From Thermoanaerobaculia bacterium (GTDB lineage Bacteria > Acidobacteriota > Thermoanaerobaculia > Multivoradales > JAIOJS01), in contig CAWINM010000001.1 of NCBI GenBank assembly GCA_963837455.1, positions 2,312,202-2,376,201 on the forward strand: DNA of 64,000 nt. Reading direction: 5' to 3'. The notes under the pieces were generated by a model. It had not been told where the DNA came from. It saw only the letters and a program-made list of their open reading frames with translations, and did no database searches. The translations under genes and the position numbers were made by a program. Below, in pieces: positions 62,261 to 64,000 of this stretch; the stretch's first letter is position 1; every line of letters begins with the position of its first letter.

Positions 62261-64000
62261 ATGGTGGCGCTGCAGCTGCTCGCCGTTGGCACGCTGGTCC
62301 TCGGCCGCGACACCCTCTACCTGCGCGACGTCCTCACCACCCACCTGCCGATGAAGCAGGCCGAGGCGCAAGCCTTGCGCCGCGGGGAGCTTCCCGAGCT
62401 CGACGTCCAGCGGGGGGGTGGCCAGCCGCTGCTCGGCAACCCCAACGGCGCACCGTTCTACCCCGACACGTTGCTGTGCCTCGTGGCGCCGACGCGCTGG
62501 GCCGTCAACGCCCACTTCTGGCTCCATTTCCTGCTGGCTCCATGGACCTTCGCCTGGCTCGCGCGGCGACTCGGTTGCGATCCCGACGCCGCCTGGGCGG
62601 GCGGCGCGGCCTACACGCTCTCTGGCTTCCTGCTCTCGCAGCTGAGCTACTACGACTTGGTGGCGGGCGCCACCCTCGCGCCGGCTCTCGTCGCCGCGTG
62701 CCTGCTGGCGCGCGACGGCGCGCTGGCGGTGGCCCGTCGCAGGGGTGCCGCGGCAGCCGGGGCCGTGTGGGCCATGCTGCTGCTCGGCGGGGATCCGGCG
62801 TTTGCCGCGCTGGCGATGGTGGCGGCCCTCCTCGCTCTGGTGCTGGCGCCTCGCCCGTTGGCGGGCGAGACAGCAGGCGCAGGCGCCCCGCCAGGCCTCC
62901 CGGGAGCGCTCGACGGCTGGCCTTCGACCGGCGTCGAAGGGACCGTGGCGATCGCCGCCGCCACTGCCGGTGCGTCGCAGGGCAGGTTGCCGTTGCGCCG
63001 CACCGCCGCGCGGTGGTTGCCGCTCGCGCTCGCCATCGCCGCCGGCACGGCGCTGGCGGCGCCGCAACTCAGCGAGCTCCTACGCATCCTCTCCGCCTCG
63101 ACGCGTGGCGTGCGCGGCTACGACGCGGCGGCCCGGACTCTCGGCAGCTGGGATCCCCGCCAGGCCCTCGAGCAGCTGCTGCCGCTCGCCTTCGGGCGCC
63201 TCGACCGTACCGCCGCCGGCGGTTTCTGGGGCTACCGCTTCCACACCGGGGCGCTGCCGTTCTTTCTCACCCTCTATCCTGGCCTGCTGCCGCTAGGGCT
63301 CGCGGTGGCGGCCGGCCGCCGGCGCGGCGCCGCCGTCGGCTGGGTCCTCGTTGGTTGCGGCGTGCTGCTCGCGCTCGGCCGCTTCGACCCGCTCGTCGCC
63401 GCGCTCGCAGCACTCCCCGGCGGCGGCCTGCTGCGCTTTCCGGTCAAGGCCTGGCTGCTGGTGGCGATCGGTCTTTCCGTGCTCGCCGCGACAGGCTGGC
63501 AGCGGGCGGTGTCGGCGGGCGAGCCGCGTGCGCGGCGGTGCCTGCGGGCGACACTGCTGGTGCTGGCGGCCGTCCTCGCTCTTGGCGCCCTTGCCGCCCT
63601 GGCCGCCAGGCCCGCGCTTCGGGGCTGGATGGTCCGCCAGCTCCCTGGCAATGCACCGCCGCAGCTGGTCGCCGGCGAGGCGACGCGCTGGGGGACCTTG
63701 GCTGCCGGGCTCGCGGTATTGGCGGTGGTGCTGGCGGCGCTTCTCTGGCGGCCGTCACGGCACCTTGCCGCGACGGCACTCGCGCTTCAGGCAGCGGCCC
63801 AGCTCGCGCTGCTCGCGCCCGCCACGCTGGCCCGCGACAGCGTCGCGCCCTATGCGCGGGCGCCGGCGTTCGCGGACCTGCTACCGACAGGGACGCGGCT
63901 CGCGCACGGTAGCCTCGGCAGGCTGTTCGGCCCGGTGCGGCGGCGCCCGCCGCCGGATGGGGACGGTCGCTGGCTGGCACGCCAGGGCGCCGCCGCGGGC
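62261..64000 (+). CDS. Large polytopic GT-C-like membrane protein, paralog of 49108..51483, 3' partial
   Basis: An open frame (frame 2) runs from 62204 to the window end and is not in the ORF track because it has no stop. I translated it by hand as ...LGRDTLYLRDVLTTHLPMKQ...NPNGAPFYPDTLLCLV...WLARRLGCDPDAAWAGGAAYTLSGFLLS... The start is ATG 62261, with an alternative at 62204. It is divergent from the UbiA gene. Confidence 0.5.
   Translation, partial: MVALQLLAVGTLVLGRDTLYLRDVLTTHLPMKQAEAQALRRGELPELDVQRGGGQPLLGNPNGAPFYPDTLLCLVAPTRWAVNAHFWLHFLLAPWTFAWLARRLGCDPDAAWAGGAAYTLSGFLLSQLSYYDLVAGATLAPALVAACLLARDGALAVARRRGAAAAGAVWAMLLLGGDPAFAALAMVAALLALVLAPRPLAGETAGAGAPPGLPGALDGWPSTGVEGTVAIAAATAGASQGRLPLRRTAARWLPLALAIAAGTALAAPQLSELLRILSASTRGVRGYDAAARTLGSWDPRQALEQLLPLAFGRLDRTAAGGFWGYRFHTGALPFFLTLYPGLLPLGLAVAAGRRRGAAVGWVLVGCGVLLALGRFDPLVAALAALPGGGLLRFPVKAWLLVAIGLSVLAATGWQRAVSAGEPRARRCLRATLLVLAAVLALGALAALAARPALRGWMVRQLPGNAPPQLVAGEATRWGTLAAGLAVLAVVLAALLWRPSRHLAATALALQAAAQLALLAPATLARDSVAPYARAPAFADLLPTGTRLAHGSLGRLFGPVRRRPPPDGDGRWLARQGAAAG

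Overview
This is a high-GC (about 70%) bacterial chromosomal segment, gene-dense on both strands, with no rRNA, CRISPR array, IS element or prophage that I can see by eye. A tRNA gene cannot be fully excluded without a scan. The gene content suggests a Gram-negative with many Ser/Thr kinases, an ECF sigma factor next to a kinase, a DUF4388 protein, PNFLDALQKAKQK-type pseudopilins and selA. That fits an Acidobacteriota, Myxococcota or Gemmatimonadota-like organism, but I cannot determine which. Most of the first 46 kb is housekeeping: truA, uppS-cdsA-dxr-rseP, nfo, a PASTA protein, rpe-bamD-ybgF, tatA, rlmN, ftsEX, ruvC, accD, folC, glyA, tldD/pmbA, ychF, selA and an NtrC-like regulator. The last 18 kb (46.6 to 64 kb) is an accessory cell-envelope cluster. 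It holds a sensor kinase, the prepilin peptidase PilD, a large GT-C/YfhO-like membrane protein, two tandem pseudopilin plus M20-peptidase modules, an ArnT-like/ArnB-like pair, a spermidine-synthase membrane fusion, a UbiA-family decaprenyl-phosphate phosphoribosyltransferase-like gene and a second paralogous GT-C membrane protein. An unusual pseudo-receiver, Ser/Thr-kinase, TM, TonB-C fusion protein sits at 24.8 to 27.8 kb. About ten genes, including glyA, accD, ychF, selA and pccB, carry multiple clustered frameshifts while their neighbours are intact, which points to local assembly or basecalling indels rather than gene decay. The long ORFs antisense to real genes are GC-driven artefacts.
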